A stretch of DNA of 64,000 bases, from contig CAWEWF010000014.1 in assembly GCA_963812605.1 (NCBI GenBank), positions 480,001 to 544,000 on the forward strand, in the 5' to 3' direction. The stretch is from an uncultured Verrucomicrobiae bacterium (GTDB lineage Bacteria > Verrucomicrobiota > Verrucomicrobiia > Palsa-1439). Under the pieces are notes generated by a model. That model was given only the letters and a program-made list of their open reading frames with translations, was not told the DNA's origin and ran no database searches. The stretch's first letter is position 1, and the number at the start of each line of letters is the position of its first letter. This document shows, piece after piece, positions 30,081-39,461 of this stretch. Position numbers and translations under genes: made by a program.

Positions 30081-31445
30081 ATGCTGGAGAAAAAGGCCGA
30101 AGAGCAAGTAAAAATGCCCGCTGGGGTGGGGAATGCGTATCTCTTCCAAGTGTTCAACACCATGTCGTATACGATCGTGTTGAGCACGCCGATGATCTTG
30201 TATTTCAAGAAACTTGGCGCGCCCGCCACGGTGCTGGGAATCGTGCTGGCACTGCCGGCGTTGCTTAACATTTTGCAAGTCCCGGCGGCGCAGTTTGTCG
30301 AGACCATGGGATACCGGGCGTTTGTGCTGCGCGGTTGGACGTTACGGGCGGCGTTCGTACTCGCCATGGCGGGCGTGGCGTTATTACCCGGGAAGATCAA
30401 TGCGCTCACCCGCATCGCGCTGTTGTTGCTCCTGCTGTTCGCCTACAACGCGTCGCGCGGCATTTCGTTGTGCGGTTTTTTGCCGTGGGTCACGCAATGG
30501 ATCCCGGAGGAAGTGCGCGGCCGCTATGTTTCGCGCGACCAGATGTCCAGCGCGCTCGCGACGCTGGGCACGATGATCCTCGCGGCGTTTTATCTACTAC
30601 GCCCGGAAGCGAGATTCGCCTACGGGCTACTGTTCTTCGCGAGTTTTCTGGCCGCGATCGTGAGCCTCTGGTTTCTGCGCCGCATTCCCGATGTGCCAGT
30701 GCCGCATTCTTCCGAGAACTCGGAGCGCGCGCCCTACAAGGAGATGCTGCTTCATCCGCCGTTTTTCAGATTGTTGGTTTACAATGTTGTTTTCCTGGTT
30801 GCCCAGGCGGGCTCCGGCGTGTTTTGGATTCCCATGCTCCGGGACTCGTTCGCGGCAACCGACTCGTTGATTCTGGGAATGATGGTGCTCTCGAGTGCGG
30901 TGTCCGCCGTGTGCCTGTGGGGTTCCGGCCATCTCATCGACCGGGTGGGAAGTCGTCCACTCCTGGGCTTGGCCACATTGATTTTTGTCCTGCACCTATG
31001 TTGCTGGTGTTCGGTGGCGGCGCGGGTGCTGCCCTTCAATCTCGCGGCGATTCTCCTGATCCAGTTCACCGCGGGGATCAGCATTTCGCTTTTCAACCTC
31101 GCCAACACACGCCTCGTCATGGCCACGGTGCCGCCGATGGGACGCAGCCATTTCTTTGCCTTGTACACCGTGGTGACGAGCCTTGTGTCCGGTGTGTTCC
31201 CGATTTTCTGGGGTATGCTGCTGGACGCGCTCGCGGGTTGGGGTGCCTGGTGGTCGAAGTGGCAGTGGAACCAATATAGCGTGTCGTACGGCGCCGCAGC
31301 GATCATTACCATCATCGCGCTGGCGCTTCGCAACCGTCTTTCCGAGTCCCGCGCGATGACAACCGACGCGTTCCTGCGGGAATTGCTCGTCGAAACCCCC
31401 AACCGCGCCATCAGCCGTCTCCTCGCACGTCGCCCGCCTTCGTGA
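30081..31445 (+). CDS. MFS transporter
   Basis: About 12 TM segments; IPEEVRGRY and GHLIDRVGSRP loop motifs. Confidence 0.85.
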   Translation: MLEKKAEEQVKMPAGVGNAYLFQVFNTMSYTIVLSTPMILYFKKLGAPATVLGIVLALPALLNILQVPAAQFVETMGYRAFVLRGWTLRAAFVLAMAGVALLPGKINALTRIALLLLLLFAYNASRGISLCGFLPWVTQWIPEEVRGRYVSRDQMSSALATLGTMILAAFYLLRPEARFAYGLLFFASFLAAIVSLWFLRRIPDVPVPHSSENSERAPYKEMLLHPPFFRLLVYNVVFLVAQAGSGVFWIPMLRDSFAATDSLILGMMVLSSAVSAVCLWGSGHLIDRVGSRPLLGLATLIFVLHLCCWCSVAARVLPFNLAAILLIQFTAGISISLFNLANTRLVMATVPPMGRSHFFALYTVVTSLVSGVFPIFWGMLLDALAGWGAWWSKWQWNQYSVSYGAAAIITIIALALRNRLSESRAMTTDAFLRELLVETPNRAISRLLARRPPS

Positions 31446-31493
31446 GCCGGGACTTGCCCGGAAGGGCAAATCTCCGATATTGTCCTCGGCTGG

Positions 31494-32114
31494 ATGATCG
31501 CACTCGTTGATTACGGGATGGGCAACCTGCGCAGCGTCGAAAAGGCGCTGGCACGGGTCGGCGCCGATGTGCGCATCGTGAGTGACCGCAACTCCGTGCT
31601 GGCCGCAGACGCGCTGGTGCTCCCGGGGGTGGGAGCGTTCGGGGATTGCATGGCCAATCTGGAAAAGATCGGGTTGGTCGAGGCCATCCGCGAATTCATC
31701 GCGACGAAGCGGCCGTTTCTCGGCATCTGTCTCGGATTCCAAGCGCTCTTCGAATCCAGCGAGGAAGCGCCGGGCGTCAAAGGTTTCGCGCTCTTTCCGG
31801 GTACGGTTCCACGATTCGCTGCCAATGGCCTTAAGGTCCCGCACATGGGCTGGAATGAACTGCGAATTCAGCAGGGCGATTGCCCGCTCCTGAAGGATGT
31901 GGCCGACGACAGCTACGTGTATTTCGTGCACAGCTATTACTGCAAACCGAAGGATACATCGGTTGTTTGCGGAACGACCGACTACGGCATCGAGTTTTGC
32001 TCGATGCTATGGGCCGAAAACGTATTCGCCACGCAGTTTCATCCCGAAAAGTCGCAAGCGGTCGGCTTGAAGATGTTGCGGAATTTTGTGCGATTGGGGA
32101 AGGGGCGGACTTGA
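31494..32114 (+). CDS. hisH: Imidazole glycerol phosphate synthase amidotransferase subunit
   Basis: DYGMGNLRSV, PGVGAF, GICLG, PHMGWN and QFHPEKS. Confidence 0.97.
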   Translation: MIALVDYGMGNLRSVEKALARVGADVRIVSDRNSVLAADALVLPGVGAFGDCMANLEKIGLVEAIREFIATKRPFLGICLGFQALFESSEEAPGVKGFALFPGTVPRFAANGLKVPHMGWNELRIQQGDCPLLKDVADDSYVYFVHSYYCKPKDTSVVCGTTDYGIEFCSMLWAENVFATQFHPEKSQAVGLKMLRNFVRLGKGRT

Positions 32115-32842
32115 GCCGACCTTTTCTTGTTTATCCGGCGATCGATCTGAAGGGCGGCAAGGTGGTTCGTCTCCAACAGGGGCGCGCCGATGCCATGACC
32201 GTCTACAGTGACGATCCGGTTGCTATTGCCAGGCGCTGGGAAGAGGAAGGCGCGCGCTATTTGCATGTGGTCGATCTCGATGGGGCCTTTGAAGGCGAGC
32301 CGCGCAACTGGGAAAGCGTGAAGGCAATTCTTAAGGCCGTGCAGATTCCCGTTCAACTGGGCGGCGGGATGCGCACGCGGGCGCAGATCGAAGACGCCAT
32401 GGAGATGGGCATCACGCGCGTGGTCGTTGGCACCAGGGCATGCGAGTCGCCTGAATTCGTGCGGACGCTCGCAACAGAGTTCGGCGCACATATCGCCGTG
32501 GGTATCGATGCGCGGGATGGCTTTGTGGCGGTCAAAGGCTGGGTGGAACGCACAGAGATCTCCGCGGTGGATTTTGCCCGACAAATCGACGAGCTGGGGG
32601 TGCAACACATCATTTTCACGGACATCGCCACGGACGGGACGCTAACGGGACCGAATTACGCGGCGATCCGGAGCGTGTGCGCCGCGGTGAAATGCTTTGT
32701 GATCGCCAGCGGCGGTGTGAGTGGTCTTGAGGATGTTCGTCAACTCCAGAGCATGACCAGGGAATATTCCAATCTCACCGGCGTCATCATCGGCAAGGCC
32801 CTCTACGACGGTCGTATCGACTTGAAACAGCTTGAGGCCTAA
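32111..32842 (+). CDS. hisA: ProFAR isomerase
   Basis: TTG start; PAIDLKGGKVVRL, LHVVDLDGA, TDIATDG and ASGG. Confidence 0.95.
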   Translation: MSRPFLVYPAIDLKGGKVVRLQQGRADAMTVYSDDPVAIARRWEEEGARYLHVVDLDGAFEGEPRNWESVKAILKAVQIPVQLGGGMRTRAQIEDAMEMGITRVVVGTRACESPEFVRTLATEFGAHIAVGIDARDGFVAVKGWVERTEISAVDFARQIDELGVQHIIFTDIATDGTLTGPNYAAIRSVCAAVKCFVIASGGVSGLEDVRQLQSMTREYSNLTGVIIGKALYDGRIDLKQLEA

Positions 32843-32899
32843 ACGGCAAACGCGCCGCCAGAGACTGGCAGCGCGTTCGCGAGAGCCGTTTTTCAATCT

Positions 32900-33913
32900 T
32901 TAGGGCATGTCACCCTGCAAGTGGACGGTGTCGAATCCATCCCGGATCTGGATGATCCTTCCCGAGAGGTCACCGATATCGCGGGCTTGCTGCGGGAGAG
33001 GATCGCCGAATTGGGTATCGCGGACGAAGGTGGCCTTGGAACCGAGATTTTTCTGCGTCATGTTGTCGATTGGAATCATGACCGTCATGACGTGGTTCGT
33101 GTCATCGGCAATAAAGAGGGTGTATTGCTGGCCGGGCGTCAAGTTCGATGCCTGGATCTTTATCACCGAGCGGCCGGTATTCCCATTGAAGCTGATATTG
33201 ACCGTGGCGACAGCGTTCGGACTGGCGTCGCCAACAGCGACCAACTTGCTCTTTCGATGATAGCTCAGCGCGCTCGGATTGTCCGTCAACCCGTAGAGAG
33301 GCGCCCACAGGGCTGAAAAAATCGTGCCCGTTTGACCGGGATTCGGGATCACGATGCCATCGATGATGTTGGTCACATTCCCAACGATATTCGTCACGCC
33401 CGAGATAATATTGGTCACGCCACCGATGATGTTCGTAAAGATCGTTGTCACGTTCGGAAAGCCGGGTTGGGCAATGACAACTTCCGTATTACTGAGTTCG
33501 GTTAAGTTTCCGAAGAAAGGAAGGATGTCCGCAGGTGCCTGACCCGTCCCAACGTAGGAGCGTGTCCACGTGCCCTTCTTGACATTTGTACGGGCCAAAG
33601 GCGCCAAGGCCAAGGTATCGGCGATATTGGTAGTAACGATGGGTTCCAGGCGAATAAAAGGACCCCAGTTGGTCGAACCTAATGCACCGACGTTGACCTG
33701 AAATGTTTCGTTTCCAGCCGCATCAATCTGCGCCAACACGGAACCAAACGCGCTGCGGGGCGAGGGATCCACCACCCGCCGCAGTTGGCTGCGGGCAATC
33801 AGGGTGCCGCCGGCGGCGCGGGCGGAGTGGGTCAGAACAACGCACAGGGACAGGGTGACAGCGACCAGGCTGCCCGTAAAAATAATCGACCAGTTCTTTT
33901 TGCTCTTAAGCAT
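32900..33913 (-). CDS. Secreted hypothetical protein with 7-aa (V)TNIIxG repeats
   Basis: Signal peptide ending ...HSARA; FTNIIGGVTNIISGVTNIVGNVTNIIDG. Confidence 0.75.
   Translation of the reverse strand: MLKSKKNWSIIFTGSLVAVTLSLCVVLTHSARAAGGTLIARSQLRRVVDPSPRSAFGSVLAQIDAAGNETFQVNVGALGSTNWGPFIRLEPIVTTNIADTLALAPLARTNVKKGTWTRSYVGTGQAPADILPFFGNLTELSNTEVVIAQPGFPNVTTIFTNIIGGVTNIISGVTNIVGNVTNIIDGIVIPNPGQTGTIFSALWAPLYGLTDNPSALSYHRKSKLVAVGDASPNAVATVNISFNGNTGRSVIKIQASNLTPGQQYTLFIADDTNHVMTVMIPIDNMTQKNLGSKATFVRDTQFGDPLPQQARDIGDLSGRIIQIRDGFDTVHLQGDMP
33361..33444 (-). repeat. Degenerate 21-bp x4 coding tandem repeat
   Basis: cgatgatgttggtcacattcc / caacgatattcgtcacgcccg / agataatattggtcacgccac / cgatgatgttcgtaaagatcg. 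Confidence 0.7.
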
Positions 33914-34068
33914 CGCTGCATCTCCTTGTTTACGAGGCCGGTTTGGCTACAACAGTCAACCTCAGGACTCTAGTATAAAGCCGGCCAACACTGCAAGTAC
34001 AGAAAGATTCATGCCAATTGCAGGGCTTCACTGGACAAATACCGGGTGCATCGGGTAGGGTGGTAACC

Positions 34069-34384
34069 ATGCAAAACACGGCGATTGAGATCTGGATTTA
34101 CGGTGTGATCATGATTCTTGGGGGGATCATGGGATTTGTCAAAGTGGGCAGCAAGGCGTCGTTGATAGCGGGCGTGGGGATGGGATTGGCCCTGCTGGTG
34201 AGCGGCTTTGGCGTCTGGCGCGGCTCGACTGATAGTCTGCGGGTGGCGCTGGTGATCGCGGCGTTGCTCGTGGTGCATCTTCGCGATTCGCTACGCCAAA
34301 ACACGACGGTTCATGCCCGGTGGAATGCTGGCAATTCTTAGCCTGGTCGCCGTGGTCATTTTCGGGTTGGCGTGGAAGAAGTAG
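34069..34384 (+). CDS. TMEM14 family membrane protein (frameshift ~34276)
   Basis: YGVIMILGGIMGFVKVGSKASLIAG..., then FAIRYAKTRRFMPGGMLAILS in a shifted frame. Confidence 0.8.
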
Positions 34385-34387
34385 CCG

Positions 34388-36406
34388 ATGGCTCAAGAGT
34401 ACATCCTGAAACCCGCGCCCGGGGCGCGGGACCTTCACATTGATTACCGCGCCGAACTAAACGACCAGCAGTTCGAGGCGGTGACGGCCACGGGCGCTGA
34501 CGGCAGCGTCAACTCCGGCCCGATGCTGGTCATTGCCGGCGCGGGCAGCGGCAAGACGCGAACGCTCACGTACCGCGTGGCGTGGCTGGTGGAGCACGGC
34601 GTGCCGCCGGGGCGCATCCTCTTGCTGACATTCACGAACAAGGCCGCCAAGGAAATGCTGCGGCGCGTCGAGAAGTTTGTTGCCTACCGATATCTCCGCG
34701 ATCTGGGGCGGGACGTTCCATCACATCGGCAATCGCATTCTGCGTCGCCATGCGAAGCTTCTCGGCTTCGGCAACGATTTCACCATCCTTGACCGCGAAG
34801 ATTCCAAGGACATGCTCGACGCCTGTGTCGCCGAGGCCGGCATCGACACGAAGCAGGAGCGCTTCCCGAAAGGCGACGTGCTCGCGGACATCTACTCGCT
34901 CGCGGTGAACACCGACCGCTCCATTGAGAAGGTTTTGGTTGACCAGTACGATTATTTCTCGCATCTCGCCGGGCCCATCCAGACGTTGCGGGATGTTTAT
35001 CGCGAGCGCAAGCTCAAGGCCAATGCGATGGACTATGACGACCTGCTGGTGAACACGCTGCGACTGTTTCAAGAGCAGGGCGAGGTCGCCGCGCGCTACC
35101 GCGAACAGTTCCTGCACGTGCTGGTGGACGAATACCAGGACACGAACAAGATCCAGGCCGAGTTGATCGACGCCGTCGCGATGCTTCATCGCAATTTGAT
35201 GGTCGTGGGCGACGATGCGCAGTCGATTTATTCCTGGCGTGGCGCGAACTATCGCAACATCCTCGGTTTTCCGTCGCGTTACCCGAGCGCGCGCACGTTC
35301 AAGATCGAAGTCAATTACCGCAGCGTGCCGAGCATCCTCCAGCTGGCCAACGAAGCGATCAAGGCCAATGTCCACCAGTTCGCCAAGGTCCTCACGGCGG
35401 TGCGCGACGGTGGGCGTGAAACCGTGGCTGATCCCTTGCCCCGATGGCAACCAGCAATCGTTGTTCGTCGCCCAGCGCATCCTCGAATTGCGCGACGAAG
35501 GCGTGGCGCTCAACGAGATCGCGGTGCTTTACCGCGCGCATTATCACGCGATGGAATTGCAGATGGAGCTGACGCGCCGGAACATTCCCTACGTCATCAC
35601 CAGCGGTCTGCGGTTCTTCGAGCAGGCGCACGTGAAGGACGTGAGCAGTTTCCTCAAGGTGGCGGTCAATCCTCACGACGAGATGGCGTTCAAGCGGATC
35701 ATCAAGTTGCTGGCCGGTGTCGGCGCCAGGACGGCCGACAAACTCTGGGAGAAATTTCATCCGCTGCTTGCCGAAGGCAAACCGTTGCTGCTCACAAGCG
35801 ATGCGATTCCGAAGAAGGCGGTCGATGATTGGAAGAAGGCCGCACAGGCGTTGAATGAAATACGCGGCCTGGAATGCCGAAGCGGCCGCCGAGATGATCG
35901 AGAAAGTCGTGGACATCTTCTACGCGAGCTATCTCAAGGTGAAATACCCAAACGCGCGGACGCGCGAGGAAGATCTGCATCAACTCGCCTCGTTCGGGAT
36001 GCAATTTGAGAGCCTCGACGATTTCCTGAGCCAGTTGGCCCTGTTGACGAACATCGAGGCCGACGACGCTTCGTTGTTGGCGTCGAACGAGCAGGAGTAC
36101 GTGCGCCTGAGCACCGTGCACCAGGCGAAAGGGCAGGAGTGGAAGGCCGTGTTCGTGGTCGGCCTGTGCGATGGAATGTTCCCGCTCGCCCGCTCGCTCG
36201 ACAACCTCGAAGGCCTGGAGGAAGAGCGGCGATTGTTCTACGTAGCGGTCACGCGCGCGAAGGACGAATTGTATCTCACCTATCCGCTCTTCCGCATGAG
36301 CGGCGGCGACAGCGGCGGTTTCCAACGCCCCTCCCGTTTCGTCGCCGAACTGCCCAAGACGCATTATCAGGAATTCTCCATCCGGCATCAGCATGGGGAG
36401 TGGTAG
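34388..36406 (+). CDS. UvrD/PcrA family SF1 helicase (frameshifts ~34677, ~35412, ~35875)
   Basis: [46 protein letters not shown] and [13 protein letters not shown] across four ORFs. Confidence 0.92.
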
Positions 36407-36481
36407 GACAAGTCGGTTCTCAAAACGCTTCATTGCGAAGCTACTGCCCCTAACGGGCGAGACTTTCGCGCCACTGCTGTC

Positions 36482-36516
36482 TTGACCGTGAACCTGCAAG
36501 TTCATAACCTTCCTCC
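36482..36516 (+). promoter_or_regulatory. Leaderless-type sigma70 promoter
   Basis: TTGACC(36482)-17nt-TAACCT(36505)-6nt-ATG(36517). Confidence 0.55.
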
Positions 36517-37125
36517 ATGAACCGCTTCTGGCCGGAAGTCTCGCCTTCTCGGATTGCGATGCTGGCTGAAACCCAGTTCCTGTTTTTCTTATTTTTTATG
36601 GTCCTGGGATTGTTGGTGCTCACCGTGTTCTACCTATTGACTCTGCAAACGGCTCTGCGTCAATGCTCCTCAGAAGTGCGTACCATGGATCCCGGCAAAG
36701 TGTGGCTGTGTTTCGTACCTCTTTTCAATTGGTACTGGCAATTCGTCGTGGTTGAAAATCTCTCAAAGTCCCTCGCAGGGGAATTCCATAAACGGGGAAT
36801 TATCATTGGGAAAAACCCCGGCCGAGCCATCGGACTGACAATGTGTATATTGGCGATCTTTAGTGTGATAAGCCATCTCCTGGCAATCCCCGCCATGATT
36901 TGCTGGATAATTTATTGGGTTAAAATTGCAAGCTTCTCCGCAAGGCTGGCGTCCGAACAACCGAGTCTATCCCGACTGGATTCAGATCAAAGACATTACG
37001 ACATTGTGGAGAAACGTGACCTGAAAGTTGAGTTGGATGCTCATTCGACTCGATGCCTGTTTTGTGGTGAGGTCATCAGTGTGCTATCGGAAGTATGCGA
37101 AAAGTGTGGTCGTCCTACTTTCTAA
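36517..37125 (+). CDS. Hypothetical membrane protein with C-terminal Zn ribbon
   Basis: 3-4 TM segments, PGKVWLCFVPLFNWYW and terminal CLFC...CEKC; lower GC. Confidence 0.7.
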   Translation: MNRFWPEVSPSRIAMLAETQFLFFLFFMVLGLLVLTVFYLLTLQTALRQCSSEVRTMDPGKVWLCFVPLFNWYWQFVVVENLSKSLAGEFHKRGIIIGKNPGRAIGLTMCILAIFSVISHLLAIPAMICWIIYWVKIASFSARLASEQPSLSRLDSDQRHYDIVEKRDLKVELDAHSTRCLFCGEVISVLSEVCEKCGRPTF

Positions 37126-37240
37126 TGTTTCTTGTCAAAACCACATCGCGCCGTGTCGCGCAGCCAGTGCTGCACAACGATATCGGGAATGCAGTAATCT
37201 TGCCGGACGCGGTGGGGAGCATGGGCATGTTGGACAGATG

Positions 37241-37277
37241 AACGTTCAACACCCAACGTTCGACGCACAACTTTCAA
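37241..37277. repeat. Degenerate heptamer tandem repeat
   Basis: aacgttc aacaccc aacgttc gacgcac aactttc aa. Confidence 0.6.
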
Positions 37278-37304
37278 AGGGAGAGAGGACGCAAAAGTAG
37301 CCGT

Positions 37305-37369
37305 GGTCAACTCCGCACTCGTAACAGAAATGCTGTTGCCCAGTTCAATCCTCAATCCGCGCGCGGCGA
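37305..37369 (+). repeat. 65-bp direct repeat, copy 1
   Basis: 59/65 identical to 38171-38235 by manual alignment. Confidence 0.9.
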
Positions 37370-37462
37370 TCTGTGAATCGAGGTATCCTCGCTTCGCTAA
37401 AGCTACGGCGGACAAGGAGCACCCACCCCTTTGTCCCCGCCGAGGAGGGGAAGCCGCTGCTG

Positions 37463-37718
37463 CTACAACTCCAACTCGCGCAGCAGGTCATCGACGCTTA
37501 CGTGATGATGTGCAGCCAGGTCTTTGAGGATGCCGTGAAGTGTGCCGACCTTGATCGGATCGTGGTTCGGCACGGTGAGGTGATGTTCGCCGCCTTGTTG
37601 TGTGGCTAAGCGGATATACGAGCCGGTTTGCCGCAACACCGTGTAGCCGAATTTCCGGAGGGCACGGACAAGTTTGACGCCACAGGCAGGGACGCCTGTG
37701 CCACCAACACGGACTCAT
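37463..37718 (-). pseudogene. hicA: HicA toxin, 5' end disrupted
   Basis: Manual translation: GVKLVRALRKFGYTVLRQTGSYIRLATQQGGEHHLTVPNHDPIKVGTLHGILKDLAAHHHVSVDDLLRELEL*; ATG 37718 is out of frame and GSH reads GSY. Confidence 0.8.
37681..37705. repeat. REP-like hairpin inside the hicA 5' end
   Basis: CACAGGC-agggac-GCCTGTG-ccacc. Confidence 0.65.
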
Positions 37719-37930
37719 ACGGTCAGGACTTCATCCCGCACGAAGTGCAGGCGGATGATCCCGGGCCGTTCGGGATCGTTTTCGTCAAAGTGACAGGCGA
37801 CCGCGTCCTTGACCATCGCTCGCAAGTTCTCCATGTCTTCACCTTGCGTGAAAATGGAATAGCCCAAGGCCCGCGCGTTGTAGCCGCCTTCCTCGGCTTC
37901 ATGAACTTCAAAGATGATTTCTTTCATCAC
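37715..37930 (-). CDS. hicB: HicB-like antitoxin (short form)
   Basis: EIIFEVHEAEEGGYNARALGYSIFTQGEDMENLRAMVKDAVACHF...IIRLHFVRDEV. Confidence 0.8.
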   Translation of the reverse strand: MMKEIIFEVHEAEEGGYNARALGYSIFTQGEDMENLRAMVKDAVACHFDENDPERPGIIRLHFVRDEVLTV

Positions 37931-37969
37931 AGGCTATCTTACTAGTGCTGTGACACAGTTCATTCGATG

Positions 37970-38039
37970 GGTAGGGCGCGGTGGCCCACCGCGCCGTGCC
38001 GGTGTGGAATAGCGGACGGCTCGGCGAGCCGTCCCTACC
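37970..38039. repeat. Inverted pair of GTAG-type REP units (REPIN-like)
   Basis: GGTAGGGCGCGGTGGCCCACCGCGCCG ... CGGACGGCTCGGCGAGCCGTCCCTACC. Confidence 0.7.
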
Positions 38040-38170
38040 AACGACCCTGCAAATGAAGCATGTCATACCACTAGTGCAAACGATCATTCACAAGTATCGT
38101 CTTGAGCGCCCAATCCCGCCTATAGCCGGCGTCATGTGCTCAGACGCAGGGGTGAAAGGTACGTCGTCAG

Positions 38171-38235
38171 GGTCAACTCCGCACTCATGACAGAAATGCT
38201 GTTGCCCGGTTCGATCCTCAATCTCCGCGCGGCGA
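38171..38235 (+). repeat. 65-bp direct repeat, copy 2
   Basis: 59/65 identical to 37305-37369. Confidence 0.9.
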
Positions 38236-38492
38236 ACAGCCCGCTCCGTTTCCTTTGGGTGGCGCCATTCAGTATTCCCCCACCCAAGGTGCGGCAGCGC
38301 AGAGGGTCGGCTTACCCTCTCAAGCGCTGGATTCTGCACCGGCTGTCCGCCGTACCCTGTCGCGCCAACTGGCGCAGGCGGGTTCAGCCCCGCACTTTTC
38401 GTTATCGCCCGCCAACAGCGCTTCATGCCGCTCTTAAACTTATCCACAAGCCACGACTTGCACGAATTCAGAAAGTGTGAAATACTGATTAC

Positions 38493-38729
38493 ATGACCAA
38501 AGTCATTAACATCAATGAGCGCGGGACGCTGACGCTGCCCAAGGAAATGCGGAACAAGCTCGGCCTGAAAGACGCCCGCCAGGTTGTCGCCGAGGAGACA
38601 GCGCGGGGTATTTTGATCCGTTCTGGCGTCACGTTCCCCGTAGAGATTTATACAGACAAGCGGATCGCGGAATTTGACCGCAACAACGAGCAAGCACTTC
38701 GTCGTTATCGGCTTAAGACAAAACGATGA
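38493..38729 (+). CDS. AbrB/MazE/SpoVT family antitoxin
   Basis: INERGTLTLPKEMRNKLGL...GILIR; ATGA-coupled to the PIN gene. Confidence 0.85.
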   Translation: MTKVININERGTLTLPKEMRNKLGLKDARQVVAEETARGILIRSGVTFPVEIYTDKRIAEFDRNNEQALRRYRLKTKR

Positions 38730-39133
38730 GGGTGTTTCTCGACGCCAACATTCTCTTTTCGGCATCGAAGCCGAAGAGTCGCATTCGGGCATTGATTGAT
38801 CTGGCCTCCCAACACGGTGAGAGCATCACCAATGCCTACGCTGTAGAAGAAGCCCGTCGCAACCTCGCCTTGAAGCAGCCTGCCTTTGTAGCGGAACTCG
38901 ATAAGCTAACGAGAAAACTGGAAATCGTCACCGCCCTGAGCGCCAAGATTGAGATCAAATTGCCACCCAAGGACGTTCCGATTCTTGCGGGTGCGATTGC
39001 GGGTCGCGCTACACATCTTCTCACGGGTGACGAACGCGACTTTGGCGCGTACTTCGGCAAAACCATCCAAGGCGTGAAGATCGTCTCACCCCAAATGCTT
39101 GCGAACGAGCTTGTGCGCGAAGGGCTGCTCTGA
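38726..39133 (+). CDS. PIN domain toxin
   Basis: RVFLDANILFS, EEARRN, KDVPIL and LLTGDERDF. Confidence 0.88.
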   Translation: MRVFLDANILFSASKPKSRIRALIDLASQHGESITNAYAVEEARRNLALKQPAFVAELDKLTRKLEIVTALSAKIEIKLPPKDVPILAGAIAGRATHLLTGDERDFGAYFGKTIQGVKIVSPQMLANELVREGLL

Positions 39134-39429
39134 CTCCATTTGCTCTCGATGTGTTTTCTCCACGGGGGAAGCTATTCAACCGCGCACTGTAGCAGGCCCG
39201 TTACCATTCGAACTCCGTCGTCTACCTGATTGGCAGCGAGAAAAAGAGTTGCACGTCCTTTTTGGAGAGATTATGTCGGCTGCGGGGGTAAACGCAGCCA
39301 AGGGCCGCGGTCAGCGCCTGCGGCTACAACGGACGGACGACGGCACGCCGGCTGCATACATGACGATGGTCTTCGCGGCAAGTTGCTGGCGGGGAGGATT
39401 TTTTGACAAATGGTAAGTTTCCTGTGCCA

Positions 39430-39458
39430 TTGACAAGGATTGAGGTGTCTCATATCGT
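39430..39458 (+). promoter_or_regulatory. Sigma70 promoter of the T2SS-like operon
   Basis: TTGACA-17nt-TATCGT; the spacing favours ATG 39468 over 39462 as the start. Confidence 0.55.
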
Positions 39459-39461
39459 GGT

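Noticed and set aside
37241-38400. CRISPR array or integron attC array
   Set aside because: Only two long repeats 866 bp apart, no regular repeat-spacer period, no cas or integrase gene, and no clear RYYYAAC/GTTRRRY pairs.
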